Part shown: positions 6,923 through 17,945 of the stretch, piece by piece
Layout of the letters: every line of letters starts with the position of its first letter
Numbering within the stretch: position 1 is the stretch's first letter
DNA from: a virus
Lineage: Duplodnaviria; Caudoviricetes
Virus record (IMG/VR): IMGVR_UViG_3300012953_000185
Location: 1-26,749 of that record
Reading direction: 5' to 3' (one strand)
DNA: 26,749 nucleotides
The notes under the pieces: generated by a model
Database searches by the model: none
Seen by the model: only the letters and a program-made list of their open reading frames with translations
Told to the model about the DNA's origin: nothing
Translations under genes and position numbers: made by a program

Positions 6923-8917
6923 ATGGCACAAAAAGAAATTAAATATTTAAATAAAGATTTTTCAGGTTTTAGAAATGACTTAATAGAATTTTCTAAACAA
7001 TATTTTCCTAACACATATAATGATTTTAATGAGTCATCACCGGGTATGATGTTTATTGAAATGGCATCTTATGTAGGTGATGTACTATCTTATTATGTAG
7101 ATTCTCAATTTAAAGAAATGTTACTTGCTTATGCCGAGGACACTAAAGCTATATACGATATGGCACAATCATTTGGATATAAACCAAAGTTATCTCGACC
7201 TGCATTTGCCAGTATTGATTTATTTCAAACAGTTCCATCAACCGGTACAGGTACTTCGGTAAGACCAAATCTTGATTATGGGTTGGTGGTATCCAAAGAT
7301 TCTACTTTATCTGCGGGTTCATCCACAACATTTAGAATTAGAGAAAAAGTAAATTTTAGATATTCAAGTTCTTTTGATCCTACAGAGATTACTGTTTTTG
7401 AAGTTGATCCCTCTTCCAAACAACCTACAAAATACTTATTAAAAAAATCTGTAGGAGTGGTTAGTGGTAATATAACAGAAGAACAATTTGCATTTGGTGA
7501 TATAGAAAAATATTCTCGTATAAGATTAGGTTCGTCACAAGTATTGGAAATAATCTCTTGTACAGATAGTGATGGTAATGAATGGACTGAAGTTCCCTTT
7601 CTTGCACAAGATACTATATTTGATGATATAGAAAATAATGTAAAAAATGATCCTGAATTTTCACAATACAACGATGAAGCTCCGTATATGTTAAAATTAA
7701 AAAAGACTCCACGAAGATTTACAACATTTATTAGGAGTGATGGGTATACAGAATTAAGATTTGGTGCTGGAATATCAGATTCAGCTGATGAGGAAATTAT
7801 TCCTAATCCTAACAATGTTGGTGGTGATTTACCAGGTAGTCCATCTTATTTGGACAAATATTACGACCCTGTAAATTTTCTTAAAACGAAGGCATATGGA
7901 CAGGCACCATCAAATACTACATTGACTATTAAATATTCTTATGGTGGTGGTATTCAAGATAATGTAACAGCAGAAAGTATTAATGCGTTTACTAATTTAG
8001 TACTTGAAAATCAAGAAAATTTAAATCAAACTCTCGTAGATGATTCAAAGACATCGGTAGCAGCAGTTAATCCATTACCTGCTACTGGAGGTAAGGGTGC
8101 AGAAACACCAAAAGAATTAAAAGAAAATGCTTTAGCTTATTTTCAGGCACAAGGAAGAGCGGTTACCAAAGAAGATTACATTACAAGAGTTTATTCAATG
8201 CCACCAAAATATGGGGCTGTTGCAAAGGCATATATTGTACAAGATGAACAATTAAATGTTCCTAATATGCAAATTGAAACCAAGCTTGGTTCTAATATAT
8301 TTGTAGATGAAAGAGTTGTTAGTGAATTAAAAAATAAAGATTTGAGTGGAACTGAAAGACTTCCCAATCCAATGGCACTAAATTTATACATACTTGGATA
8401 TAATGGTAATAGACAATTAACACAACTCAATGTTGCAGTTAAGGAAAATATTAAAACATATTTATCACAATATAGACTGATGACTGATGCAATCAATATT
8501 AAAAATGCTTGGATAATAAACATTGGAGTTAAGTTTTCTATAATTGCTAGAAGAGGATATAATAAAGAAGAAGTGGTGTTAAAGTGTATAGAAGAAATAA
8601 AAAGTTGGTTTAATATTACAAAGTGGCAAATAAATCAACCAATAGTTATACAAGAACTAGCATATGCAATCTCACTTGTCGATGGTGTTGGTGCTGTAGT
8701 ACCACCGAAGGAAGATAATCCTAAAAATATGACTGTGTTAATTTATAATAAATATGAATCATCAAAGGGATATTCTGGTAACATTTACGATACCAATAAC
8801 GCCGAAAAAACAGGTGTGGTTTATCCTTCATTGGATCCAAGTATATTTGAATTGAAGTTTCCAAATTCTGATATAGAAGGTATGGTCGTAGGTGATTCAA
8901 TTGGAAATGTGGATTAG
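6923..8917 (+). CDS. Baseplate wedge subunit, T4 gp6/Baseplate_J-like
   Basis: YLNKDFSGFRNDL...YNDFNESSPGMMFIEMASYVGDVLSYY, ELRFGAG and ATGGKGAET...QGRAVTKEDY motifs. Follows gp25. Confidence 0.92.
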   Translation: MAQKEIKYLNKDFSGFRNDLIEFSKQYFPNTYNDFNESSPGMMFIEMASYVGDVLSYYVDSQFKEMLLAYAEDTKAIYDMAQSFGYKPKLSRPAFASIDLFQTVPSTGTGTSVRPNLDYGLVVSKDSTLSAGSSTTFRIREKVNFRYSSSFDPTEITVFEVDPSSKQPTKYLLKKSVGVVSGNITEEQFAFGDIEKYSRIRLGSSQVLEIISCTDSDGNEWTEVPFLAQDTIFDDIENNVKNDPEFSQYNDEAPYMLKLKKTPRRFTTFIRSDGYTELRFGAGISDSADEEIIPNPNNVGGDLPGSPSYLDKYYDPVNFLKTKAYGQAPSNTTLTIKYSYGGGIQDNVTAESINAFTNLVLENQENLNQTLVDDSKTSVAAVNPLPATGGKGAETPKELKENALAYFQAQGRAVTKEDYITRVYSMPPKYGAVAKAYIVQDEQLNVPNMQIETKLGSNIFVDERVVSELKNKDLSGTERLPNPMALNLYILGYNGNRQLTQLNVAVKENIKTYLSQYRLMTDAINIKNAWIINIGVKFSIIARRGYNKEEVVLKCIEEIKSWFNITKWQINQPIVIQELAYAISLVDGVGAVVPPKEDNPKNMTVLIYNKYESSKGYSGNIYDTNNAEKTGVVYPSLDPSIFELKFPNSDIEGMVVGDSIGNVD

Positions 8918-8927
8918 GAGACATTAA

Positions 8928-10052
8928 ATGCATTATTTTGAATTCGCAACAAAAGACACGACTTTATATGAAGGTAGTGGTAGTGTAAATACTGGACATG
9001 ATGAAATATTAGAAGTCAGAAAAGATATTGGACAGGCCGGTGATGTAGTTAATGCAAGTAGAGTATTAATAAAATTTAATTTAACATATATATCATCATC
9101 AGTTTCAAGTGGATTAATTACCTCGGGATCCAACACAAAATTTTATCTGAATATGTATGACGCAAATTCACAGGGTTTAAATATAGAACAATATCTATAT
9201 GCATATCCTATTAGTCAATCTTGGGTACAAGGTTCAGGACGAACTGATTCTAATCCATTTATTACTAATGGTGCAAGTTGGTATTACAAAGATAACGATA
9301 CATTAAAAACTCAATGGGTAAGTCAAAGTAATGATACCGGCGGTACTTGGTATAGTGGAAGTGGATATGAAGCTTCTCAATTATTTGTAAATCAGGCAGC
9401 TGATTTAAGAATGGATGTAACTGATATAACTTGGAAATGGTTACACGGAATAGTTCCAAATGAAGGTTTTATGGTAAAGCGAAGTGGTAGTATTGGTAAC
9501 ACCAATACCACTATGGACGAAGGTAGTTCAACTTCATATGGACATTTTTTATTTTTTGGTAGAGAGACACACACTATCTATCAACCCAAATTAGAGGTCG
9601 TGTGGGACGATTCAAAGTATAATAGTGGTTCATTAACTCATCTAACACAAACAGAATTAGAAGATGTTAGAATATCTCCGAGAAGTTTAAGAAAAGAATA
9701 TAAAGAAAATTCTAAAGCAAGATTCAGAATAAATTCTCGACCATTATATCCTGAGAAAACTTTTTCGGCAACTGATGGATATGCTACAGGTTACACAACA
9801 TCAAAACTTTTACCAAGTGGAAGTACATACTATTCAATCGTAGATGCTTATACTGGTGATACTATAATTCCTTATGGTGATGGTTCAGTAGTAAGTGCAG
9901 ATACGACTGGTAATTATTTTAACTTATGGTTAAATGGATTGTTACCTGAAAGATTTTATAGAATAGAGTATAAGGTTGTGAGTGGAAGTGGTACGATAGA
10001 CGAGACCATTCAATACTTTGATGATTTACCATCATTTAAAATAACGAGATAA
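8928..10052 (+). CDS. Virion structural protein with DNRLRE-like beta-sandwich N-terminal domain
   Basis: KDTTLYE...NTG...LEV...SRVLIKFNL...MDVTDI...NEGFMVK...QPKLEV pattern; position in the baseplate operon. Confidence 0.6.
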   Translation: MHYFEFATKDTTLYEGSGSVNTGHDEILEVRKDIGQAGDVVNASRVLIKFNLTYISSSVSSGLITSGSNTKFYLNMYDANSQGLNIEQYLYAYPISQSWVQGSGRTDSNPFITNGASWYYKDNDTLKTQWVSQSNDTGGTWYSGSGYEASQLFVNQAADLRMDVTDITWKWLHGIVPNEGFMVKRSGSIGNTNTTMDEGSSTSYGHFLFFGRETHTIYQPKLEVVWDDSKYNSGSLTHLTQTELEDVRISPRSLRKEYKENSKARFRINSRPLYPEKTFSATDGYATGYTTSKLLPSGSTYYSIVDAYTGDTIIPYGDGSVVSADTTGNYFNLWLNGLLPERFYRIEYKVVSGSGTIDETIQYFDDLPSFKITR

Positions 10053-10055
10053 CAT

Positions 10056-10388
10056 ATGCCTTACACTAAGGAAGAACTCAACAAAAACGAGTACTATCAA
10101 AAGTTAAAAGAAGAAGATAGAGAAACATATCTGATTAAATTGAATAATTCAAGAACATTAGATAGTGGTGCTGTAGTGGTTATGGAAGATGGTAATCAAG
10201 TCATAACACCAAAGACAGAACCATTGAGAAATGAAGCAGGAACATTCTTGTTATATGAGGATCCGTTTGACGAGGGTAGAAATTTACAAGATTTGGATCA
10301 ACAATTAGAGATATCGTTAAAATCTCCATTATACAATACCGACCCGTTATGGGATAATATTTTAGATAGAGAAATAAAAGAATTATGA
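10056..10388 (+). CDS. Hypothetical protein
   Basis: 110-aa acidic ORF with an ATGA overlap to the next gene. Confidence 0.7.
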   Translation: MPYTKEELNKNEYYQKLKEEDRETYLIKLNNSRTLDSGAVVVMEDGNQVITPKTEPLRNEAGTFLLYEDPFDEGRNLQDLDQQLEISLKSPLYNTDPLWDNILDREIKEL

Positions 10389-13300
10389 GAATCGACACTC
10401 AATTAACTCAGAAGGAATATAATTTTTTAAAGAAAGAAAACCAAGAAGTTTTAGGATTGAGTGGTGCACTATTCCCACCATTTCTACAAAAAGATGGGGA
10501 TTACATAGAGGTTTGTGTTCACGATAGTGGTGGTAAATTTTTAGAAAAGGGTATAAGTGAGAATTGTGAAATAATAGATGATAAAATAGTTTTAAAACCT
10601 GGTCAAGACCTTAGAGACTTGAATTATAATCGTGGTAACTTTCTCGTAAAGTATTACTTTTACAGAAGAGAAGGTGGAGCGGATGAAGTTGTTTTAACTA
10701 AAACCATCGAAGGAGTTTCGGGTGTTATCTATTCGGGTGAACCAACACTTACAGGTCAACCAGCAGGATTATTCTACATAGAAGATGGTAAGGCATACGA
10801 GGGTGAAGAACCTACTGATAATCCACAAGAATTAAACATAACAGAATATAAGTTTTTCATCGATGAGATTTCTACCTCTCGAACAGAAGTTAGAATAGCA
10901 CCACAGAATATTTCGAATCATAGATATCAAAAACAATTTGAAAATTTATATAAATCTGAAAAAATTTATAGGTCAATTAAGGATAATTATCCAGATAATT
11001 TTGATGACCTACCACCTGCTGTACAAGATGAAATACTTACACAAAATCCTGAATTGACTGCTGAAGGTGGAGATATTAAGTTTGATAACCCACAACAAGA
11101 AAATGAAAGTGCATTAGAATTATCTATGCCCAATAGATTATCAATGGATGGTGGATTTAGACAAGAGATGAAAGATGGATATCTCGTGGTAAAGGATGTG
11201 TATACATTGGACTCACAAAACATACCTGATGCAATACCAAATGAGGATTGGGAAGCAGAACTTCCTATACCTGAAGCCTATATAGAGGTTATTAATTTAG
11301 GAGATGTAGAGGAAAGGAACAGAGTATCGAGTGATGATAATCCTGAAATCTTTCCAATGAGTGGTAGATTTATAGTTAAGGAAACTGCTACAAATAAATC
11401 ACTAAGAGGTTTAGATGATATTTTTACACCAACTGATGGTACACAATATCATTTTGATTTTGGTTGTGGACACAACGAAACAACTAATGTACCATTTGCC
11501 AATCACACATACGATACAGAGGGTAGTTATAATATTACAGTAACAATCATGACTCCATCATTTACCTCGACCGTTACGGATATGTATACATTAGATTTAA
11601 ATAATCCGGCACCATTAGAGGGTCCTGGAGAAAGAGGACCTGAACTGGACACATTTACTCCAGTACCAATGGGTGAGGTAAACGATAATGGTGAAGTTGT
11701 AGAACCTACAATATACAGAGCATTAAGTAGTGCACTTGATGGAAAAATTATAGGTTGGGACGGAACTGGTGAGTTTCAACCAATGGTCAATGTAGGTCAA
11801 TGGGAAAGATATAACGCACCTGACCACCCAAGAGTGGCAACAACTACGGCAAGATGGTATGTACAAAGTGGATATAGAAGGTATGTGGGTGGTACTCATT
11901 TTGGTGGTTCAACGGCCGGTATAGAATTATTAAGAAAATTAAAACCAGGTTCACACGAACAACCAAAGGTTATGGATAGCAATAATCAAATGGTTGATGG
12001 TGAACCGATAGATTTATTAGTAACTGCAGAAATCATCAATGACCTACCTGTAGGACCTCCAATTACATTGGACACATTTGGTGGTAAGGTTGGAGAAAAA
12101 CCATATGGAATGGGACAACCATTTTATCGAGGTATTCCGTTAGCTGATGCACCTGATTTAGGTGTGAGCGAGGGAGATTCTTATTTGTCTCCATTTGAAC
12201 AAAATAATTTTGGACGACATTTTAGTGATGATCCTGATAGTCAATATCATAATAGATTTTACACAAAGGAATTTGGTAGTGGTAATGATGATAAATCACA
12301 AATAGGTCTTGATGAGGTATTGTACGAATCTTCAGGTGTAAGGATACAAGGTGTGAGAACCCATCAGTATAAGTTTCAATTCTCTACTGGTGATATAGGT
12401 GGATACATAATTGTGGCCCATTGGAATAAACATTTTGGAGATGGAGGTGAGGCAGGTGGATATGTATGGGCACCAAGATTTATTATAGACCCCACAAGTA
12501 CAATCAATCAGAATTTTTTAAACAGCCGAGTTTTTAATTCAGATACCACTTCAGATTATGAAAGTAATGGATTTATCGTTGGGGATAAGACTTACAATCC
12601 ATCAAATGATTACGATAGTAATACTTGGAGAGGAAGATTTATTGAAGATTTAACAAGAGAAGTCGAAGATGATAATAGGTATCCAAAATTAAGAACCGAC
12701 CACCAACAAGCTTTATCAGAAACGGCTGGAAAACAGGTACGATTGATATTTAGAGGTTGGACACCACAAGATTTACTCGATGGTTACGGTCCTGGTATTA
12801 ACTTTGGTAATTCAGGTGGTTATCAGCTTAATTCCATAGATGGTGATAATTTAGGTATGATAGATTCTCGTACTAATTTTTCAAAATTTGATAATGATGG
12901 AAACCTTATACAAATGGTATACGATTTAGAACCACAAGAACCTCAAAATGGTGAATCACCTGTTACATTTACTTTTTCATCTGATGGGTTGAGTCAATAT
13001 AGTGAGGCACAATCAAAGATTGTACTTGAAAAGTTTGCTAACCAAATTGGTGTTACACTATCAATTACAAATCATAATGGAACAGTTACTTATGTAGAAA
13101 CTGTTGGTGATGCAGCACAAACAATAGAATGGGAACATGGTTTTGCAAGTATGGAACAATACCAACAGACAATAGATGATAATGGTGGACAGTTTCCTTT
13201 TGTAATTAGGTGTAATATTACTGGAAATACAGAATTTGTAAGTTGGTTTAATGATGACGATTTTAATACTAGCCCGGTACAAGGATTATCACCATCAGAA

Positions 13301-13720
13301 GTTTTTAGTGAAAATGTAATAACTTGTGCAACAAGAGCAGATACAAGACGAAGTATACTTAAATTGGGTCCTAAAAATTCAACTTCAGTAGGTGTTGATG
13401 TTGCAATAGGTGAGGGTGAAGGATCACAACATCCTGATAATCAAGGAAATGGTGATTTGGGTCCAGGTAGTAATAATGTAAATGATTTTTGGGATTTAGA
13501 TTATGGATTTTATTTAACTAAATCAATACTTGCAGGTGATACGGAAAGAGTATACCTTTCTCCTGGTTCAGGTCTTACCCTACAATCAATAGTTATAGAA
13601 GGTAGAGGAGAACAAATCAATAACACTGTTCAAGATGGTCAAGATTATTATTTAGATGTACCCGTTCTCGGTGGTGGTAGTTATCAAGAAGAAATTGTAG
13701 TAGAATATGAAGCAATATAA
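10385..13720 (+). CDS. Large acidic virion/baseplate-associated protein with PKD-like domain
   Basis: 1111 aa. YHFDFGCG...ANHTYDTEGSYNITVTI at about 11447-11548 is PKD-like. Beta-rich C-terminal half. Confidence 0.7.
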   Translation: MRIDTQLTQKEYNFLKKENQEVLGLSGALFPPFLQKDGDYIEVCVHDSGGKFLEKGISENCEIIDDKIVLKPGQDLRDLNYNRGNFLVKYYFYRREGGADEVVLTKTIEGVSGVIYSGEPTLTGQPAGLFYIEDGKAYEGEEPTDNPQELNITEYKFFIDEISTSRTEVRIAPQNISNHRYQKQFENLYKSEKIYRSIKDNYPDNFDDLPPAVQDEILTQNPELTAEGGDIKFDNPQQENESALELSMPNRLSMDGGFRQEMKDGYLVVKDVYTLDSQNIPDAIPNEDWEAELPIPEAYIEVINLGDVEERNRVSSDDNPEIFPMSGRFIVKETATNKSLRGLDDIFTPTDGTQYHFDFGCGHNETTNVPFANHTYDTEGSYNITVTIMTPSFTSTVTDMYTLDLNNPAPLEGPGERGPELDTFTPVPMGEVNDNGEVVEPTIYRALSSALDGKIIGWDGTGEFQPMVNVGQWERYNAPDHPRVATTTARWYVQSGYRRYVGGTHFGGSTAGIELLRKLKPGSHEQPKVMDSNNQMVDGEPIDLLVTAEIINDLPVGPPITLDTFGGKVGEKPYGMGQPFYRGIPLADAPDLGVSEGDSYLSPFEQNNFGRHFSDDPDSQYHNRFYTKEFGSGNDDKSQIGLDEVLYESSGVRIQGVRTHQYKFQFSTGDIGGYIIVAHWNKHFGDGGEAGGYVWAPRFIIDPTSTINQNFLNSRVFNSDTTSDYESNGFIVGDKTYNPSNDYDSNTWRGRFIEDLTREVEDDNRYPKLRTDHQQALSETAGKQVRLIFRGWTPQDLLDGYGPGINFGNSGGYQLNSIDGDNLGMIDSRTNFSKFDNDGNLIQMVYDLEPQEPQNGESPVTFTFSSDGLSQYSEAQSKIVLEKFANQIGVTLSITNHNGTVTYVETVGDAAQTIEWEHGFASMEQYQQTIDDNGGQFPFVIRCNITGNTEFVSWFNDDDFNTSPVQGLSPSEVFSENVITCATRADTRRSILKLGPKNSTSVGVDVAIGEGEGSQHPDNQGNGDLGPGSNNVNDFWDLDYGFYLTKSILAGDTERVYLSPGSGLTLQSIVIEGRGEQINNTVQDGQDYYLDVPVLGGGSYQEEIVVEYEAI

Positions 13721-16700
13721 TGAAGAATAAACGAATGATATATTGGGGTGGTAATCACCAAACAACAATCCCACAAATGGGTGCGTGTGGTGGTGGTGGT
13801 GATCCAAGTGGCGGTGGTGGAGCTGGTGGAGGAGCTAATGCTGCTGGTAGTGGTCAGGAGAAACCAAAGGACCCAAAAAATCTCGGTAAGTTTCCATCAT
13901 TAGATGGAATGTTGGATGCATTAAAAGTAGCAGGGGCAGCTTTAGCAGTAGGAGCAGTTGTTGCTGGAGTTGTTAATGGGGCATCCGTTTTCTTTAAAAA
14001 GAATCGTGACCCGAAGAAAAAAGATGATAAAGATTTAATACCAAATTTACCCGACCTACCAAATATACCGAGTTTAAATACACCACCAAGTCCTGCTTTG
14101 GGTATGGAAGATACTGGATTTGATATCGTTACACCATTAGCAATGGATTCTTCTACATTAGGTTCTAATTTACAGGCATTTAATCAAGATGGAGAGGCCA
14201 GTGGGTTTACTGAAAACGGATTACCTAAGGCTGAATTTGTTGGACAACAGGCAGAGTATCCAAACGGTGATTTATATGTTTGGAAAGAACCACCTGGTAT
14301 GTGGGTTAACTTTGGACAACAAACTCCAAGATATACAACCGAATTCCAATCAAGACAGAGAAAAACTACTACGGATTTTATTTCTAAAATTACATCAGTA
14401 GATGGTAGAGATAACATTAAGATAGAAAATAGTTGGTTAGAACTTGGTGAACAAGTTGGTAACATTGGAGAAATACCAGGACCTGACCAATTGTACAATG
14501 ATTGGTACATCGTGTATGGTAGGAAGAAAAAAGATTTATACACTTATCTAAGGTTTAATGATGACCAACGCTCATTGATTGTAAACCATAAAGTAGATGA
14601 TGTAAAGTACACAGAGTATCCACATTCACTTGTTTATAAACTATACGAACCATTACCTCCTGAAATAGAACAAGGTGATTTGGTTTATGTGGTGAAAGAA
14701 ATGACTCCACCTATTGAAGAAAGAGTTCAACTATATGATTTTGTTGATGAGTCTATTTCAGATGTAGTTTTAAGAAATCCAAAATGGGATGATCCTTCCG
14801 TAGCAGATTCTTGGTTTAATGAGACCAACACAAAGTATAAATCAGAACAAGATATATTAACTGATAATCTTGATATCAAAAGAATCATAGAAGATAATAT
14901 AATAAGTGGAAGTTTGGATAAGAATAGTGTTAAATTGACAGGTACAGACTTTAGACAATTTAAAAATTTTGTAAAATTTAGTTCCGTTGAAGATAGATTA
15001 AAAAACTTTAAATATAAGTTACAGAGAATAGAGTTATTCGAAAGTCAGAGTACAAATCTAAGTGGTATATCTGGTTCGTTAACCTATTCTTATACGGGTT
15101 CACTTAGTGATAAGGTTAGAAAAATTAAAAATGAGTTTACTCCATTTGAACATTATATGTATTTTGAATCATCATCGTATGTATCGAGTTCACTTGGTGT
15201 ATTTCATGACAATGCGTGGCCTGTAAAAAGTGGAACTGGTACATTATTAAATCCATATGTTCCTTATGCAGTTACAGAATCAAAGGCAGTAACTTGGTAT
15301 GATAATCAAATCCTAAGTGCATCTAAGTATGATAGAGAAAATGGAGATAGATTTTTAGTTAATATTCCTGCACATATCCGTGATGATGGGGCCAATACTC
15401 CATTCCTTACTTTTATAAACATGACGGGTGAACATTTTGATAAGATATGGAACTATATAAATCAAATACCACAGATATACGATAGGAGAACCTCGTTAGA
15501 TGAAGGATTATCGAAAGATTTAATTTATCAAGTTGGTAGGTCATTTGGATTTCATCTAAATGATGGAAACGATATGGTGGACTTACCAAGATTTGTTGCT
15601 GGAGTAGAAGTAACGGGTTCAGATAGTTCATATTCAACTTATTCAACTACACCAGAAAAGGATATAACAAGAGAAATTTGGAAAAGAATACTTTCTAATA
15701 TGCCATTTTTCTTGAAAACAAAAGGTACGGTTCGTTCTCTTAAAGGTTTGATAAGTTGTTATGGTATACCATCAAGTATTTTAAGGGTTAGGGAATATGG
15801 AGGTCCTGATGTACTATCAGATAGTGAATTGAATCCTGAAAATAGAGGATTGGAATCCTATATGGTATCTCGTAAGTTTACTCGGGCATTAGATTTTGAA
15901 GGTGCACAATCCGTATCCACGACTTGGGTAAATGATACCAATAGTAGTAGAAAACCAGATACAATAGAATTTAGATTTAAAACATCTACGGGAAGTAATC
16001 AAACTTTATTTCAAGTAGATGATGAATTTGCAATTAGGTTGAAAGATAATGGTTCAACAGATAATAGAGGACAAGTATCATTTGTACTTAGTGGTGGTGT
16101 ATCGGATGCTGACTTAGAAATTGTTTCTTCCGAGTTACCCGTATATGATGGTGAATATTATTCTGTAATGTTAACAAGGACAAGTGCAAGTTCTCATATT
16201 CACAATTTAAGAAAATCCTCACCTGGTCAATTAGGAAGTGATTCTACTGCACAAAATATAACATATGCATTAACGGTAGGAAAATATGATAGCGGTCTGA
16301 AAAGAATTATTTATAAATCTTATTCGAGTGCATCAGTTGATGGTACGGTTAGTTCATCATGGAATAGTTCATATGCCGGAAACGGAAGTAATGTTAGAAT
16401 TGGTGGATTAAACTCTACATTTGGTAGTCAATTTAAGGGTAGTATGATGGAGTTTCGTTATTGGAATACTGCTCTTAATAGTGCTTCATTTGATAATCAT
16501 GTAGCATCTCCAAAATCTTTTGATGGTAATCATGCATCTGCTTCTTGGACAGACTTAGTGTTGAGATATAGTTTTGATGATAATAAAGATTTGAGTAGTG
16601 ATACAAGTATCCGTGATACAAGTGCTGACCAATCCTATACAGCAGCAGGAACTGCAGTTGGATATGGTGCTGTATCTACTCCACATTTTAGTTTTACTAT

Positions 16701-17844
16701 CGATGAACAAAGAGCAAGAGTTCCAAATGTAGGACCTTCAAGAAGAATAGATAATAAGGTAAGAACAGAAGAAAATAAACTTACATTTGGTGGATTGAGT
16801 CCACATAAAAGGTCTGAATTAAGTGCATATGATTTGTCACCATTGGATAGTAATAAAGTGGGTGTATACTTTTCACCAACGGATGTGGTAAATGAAGATA
16901 TTATCTTCTCGGTTGCCAACTTAGATTTTGACCAATATATTGGGGATCCAAGAGACAAGTATAAATTAAGATACAGACAACTCGATAGTGTTGCAACTAC
17001 ATATTGGCAAAAATATAATGGACCTAATAATTTTTGGGATTATTTAAGATTGTTAAAATTTTATGATAAATCTATTTTTGACCAACTAAGAAGGTTGACT
17101 CCTGCAAGAGCAAATACAAGATTTGGTGTTTTAATAGAACCTAATATTTTTGAAAGGTCTAAACAAGTAATTGGTGCACCACCTAATATATCCGATAGAG
17201 TTTTTAGGGGTACTATTAGTGATTTTCCATACTCTGGTAGTTCAAATTATATAACATATACTGGTTCTATTGATGATATTATATTATCGGGAACAGGTTC
17301 ATATGATACTTATACTGGTTCATTGGATGTAATGACTATATTTTCACAGAGTGCCAATTTTCCTACATATACATCTTCCATATCTATTAACTCACAAATA
17401 TCTGAAAGTGCTAAATATTTAACTTATACCGGTTCTGCCTCAAATGAAATTTTCTTAGAACATAGTATTTATAATTTATCAGAAAAATATGGAACTGAGG
17501 GAACAAACTTTACATTGAAGAGGGGTGGACCTGAAAAATTATTTAGTGAGGCACTTCAACCAAATATAACGGGTTCAATAATATCGGAGCATAATTACGA
17601 AAGAAGATTTTTTTATACTACGGAGGCAAGTGCATCCAAAAATAATTACTTTTCATCATCATTTGTAAGAAGTGATTTACAGTCCATTTTTAGGAATACA
17701 CAAATGGATAGAGTAGCATATGTTGGTTCAGTACAGACAAAGAAAACAACAATTGATGGTTTAGATCCAGTTGTTGTTAAATTGACCAACCCAACAACAC
17801 TAATTACAAAGGAAGGTGGAGAATCTAAGTTAGATACTGTTTAA
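13720..17844 (+). CDS. Large baseplate/tail protein (gp7-like wedge region plus LamG/ConA-like domain)
   Basis: FLKTKGTVRSLKGLISCYG is a tail-protein-I/gp7-like KGT motif. ALDFEG...TIEFRFK...FKGSMMEFRYWNTAL...LVLRYSFDD (about 15883-16581) is LamG-like. Confidence 0.75.
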   Translation: MKNKRMIYWGGNHQTTIPQMGACGGGGDPSGGGGAGGGANAAGSGQEKPKDPKNLGKFPSLDGMLDALKVAGAALAVGAVVAGVVNGASVFFKKNRDPKKKDDKDLIPNLPDLPNIPSLNTPPSPALGMEDTGFDIVTPLAMDSSTLGSNLQAFNQDGEASGFTENGLPKAEFVGQQAEYPNGDLYVWKEPPGMWVNFGQQTPRYTTEFQSRQRKTTTDFISKITSVDGRDNIKIENSWLELGEQVGNIGEIPGPDQLYNDWYIVYGRKKKDLYTYLRFNDDQRSLIVNHKVDDVKYTEYPHSLVYKLYEPLPPEIEQGDLVYVVKEMTPPIEERVQLYDFVDESISDVVLRNPKWDDPSVADSWFNETNTKYKSEQDILTDNLDIKRIIEDNIISGSLDKNSVKLTGTDFRQFKNFVKFSSVEDRLKNFKYKLQRIELFESQSTNLSGISGSLTYSYTGSLSDKVRKIKNEFTPFEHYMYFESSSYVSSSLGVFHDNAWPVKSGTGTLLNPYVPYAVTESKAVTWYDNQILSASKYDRENGDRFLVNIPAHIRDDGANTPFLTFINMTGEHFDKIWNYINQIPQIYDRRTSLDEGLSKDLIYQVGRSFGFHLNDGNDMVDLPRFVAGVEVTGSDSSYSTYSTTPEKDITREIWKRILSNMPFFLKTKGTVRSLKGLISCYGIPSSILRVREYGGPDVLSDSELNPENRGLESYMVSRKFTRALDFEGAQSVSTTWVNDTNSSRKPDTIEFRFKTSTGSNQTLFQVDDEFAIRLKDNGSTDNRGQVSFVLSGGVSDADLEIVSSELPVYDGEYYSVMLTRTSASSHIHNLRKSSPGQLGSDSTAQNITYALTVGKYDSGLKRIIYKSYSSASVDGTVSSSWNSSYAGNGSNVRIGGLNSTFGSQFKGSMMEFRYWNTALNSASFDNHVASPKSFDGNHASASWTDLVLRYSFDDNKDLSSDTSIRDTSADQSYTAAGTAVGYGAVSTPHFSFTIDEQRARVPNVGPSRRIDNKVRTEENKLTFGGLSPHKRSELSAYDLSPLDSNKVGVYFSPTDVVNEDIIFSVANLDFDQYIGDPRDKYKLRYRQLDSVATTYWQKYNGPNNFWDYLRLLKFYDKSIFDQLRRLTPARANTRFGVLIEPNIFERSKQVIGAPPNISDRVFRGTISDFPYSGSSNYITYTGSIDDIILSGTGSYDTYTGSLDVMTIFSQSANFPTYTSSISINSQISESAKYLTYTGSASNEIFLEHSIYNLSEKYGTEGTNFTLKRGGPEKLFSEALQPNITGSIISEHNYERRFFYTTEASASKNNYFSSSFVRSDLQSIFRNTQMDRVAYVGSVQTKKTTIDGLDPVVVKLTNPTTLITKEGGESKLDTV
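17254..17436 (+). repeat. Four TYT(G/S)S-anchored 18-19 aa tandem repeats
   Basis: TYTGS/TYTGS/TYTSS/TYTGS start at 17254, 17308, 17365 and 17422 (spacings 54, 57, 57 nt). Confidence 0.8.
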
Positions 17845-17870
17845 AAAATGATTAAAAATTAACTTTGAGT

Positions 17871-17879
17871 ATATTTATA
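17871..17879 (+). promoter_or_regulatory. ATATTTATA putative late promoter
   Basis: In the 101-nt gap before the 17946 gene; same motif as in the other gaps. Confidence 0.55.
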
Positions 17880-17945
17880 GTTGAACAGTTTTAATTCAAT
17901 AATTATAAAAGTCCAAAGTGAAACAAATCCATAAGGAGAATATGT

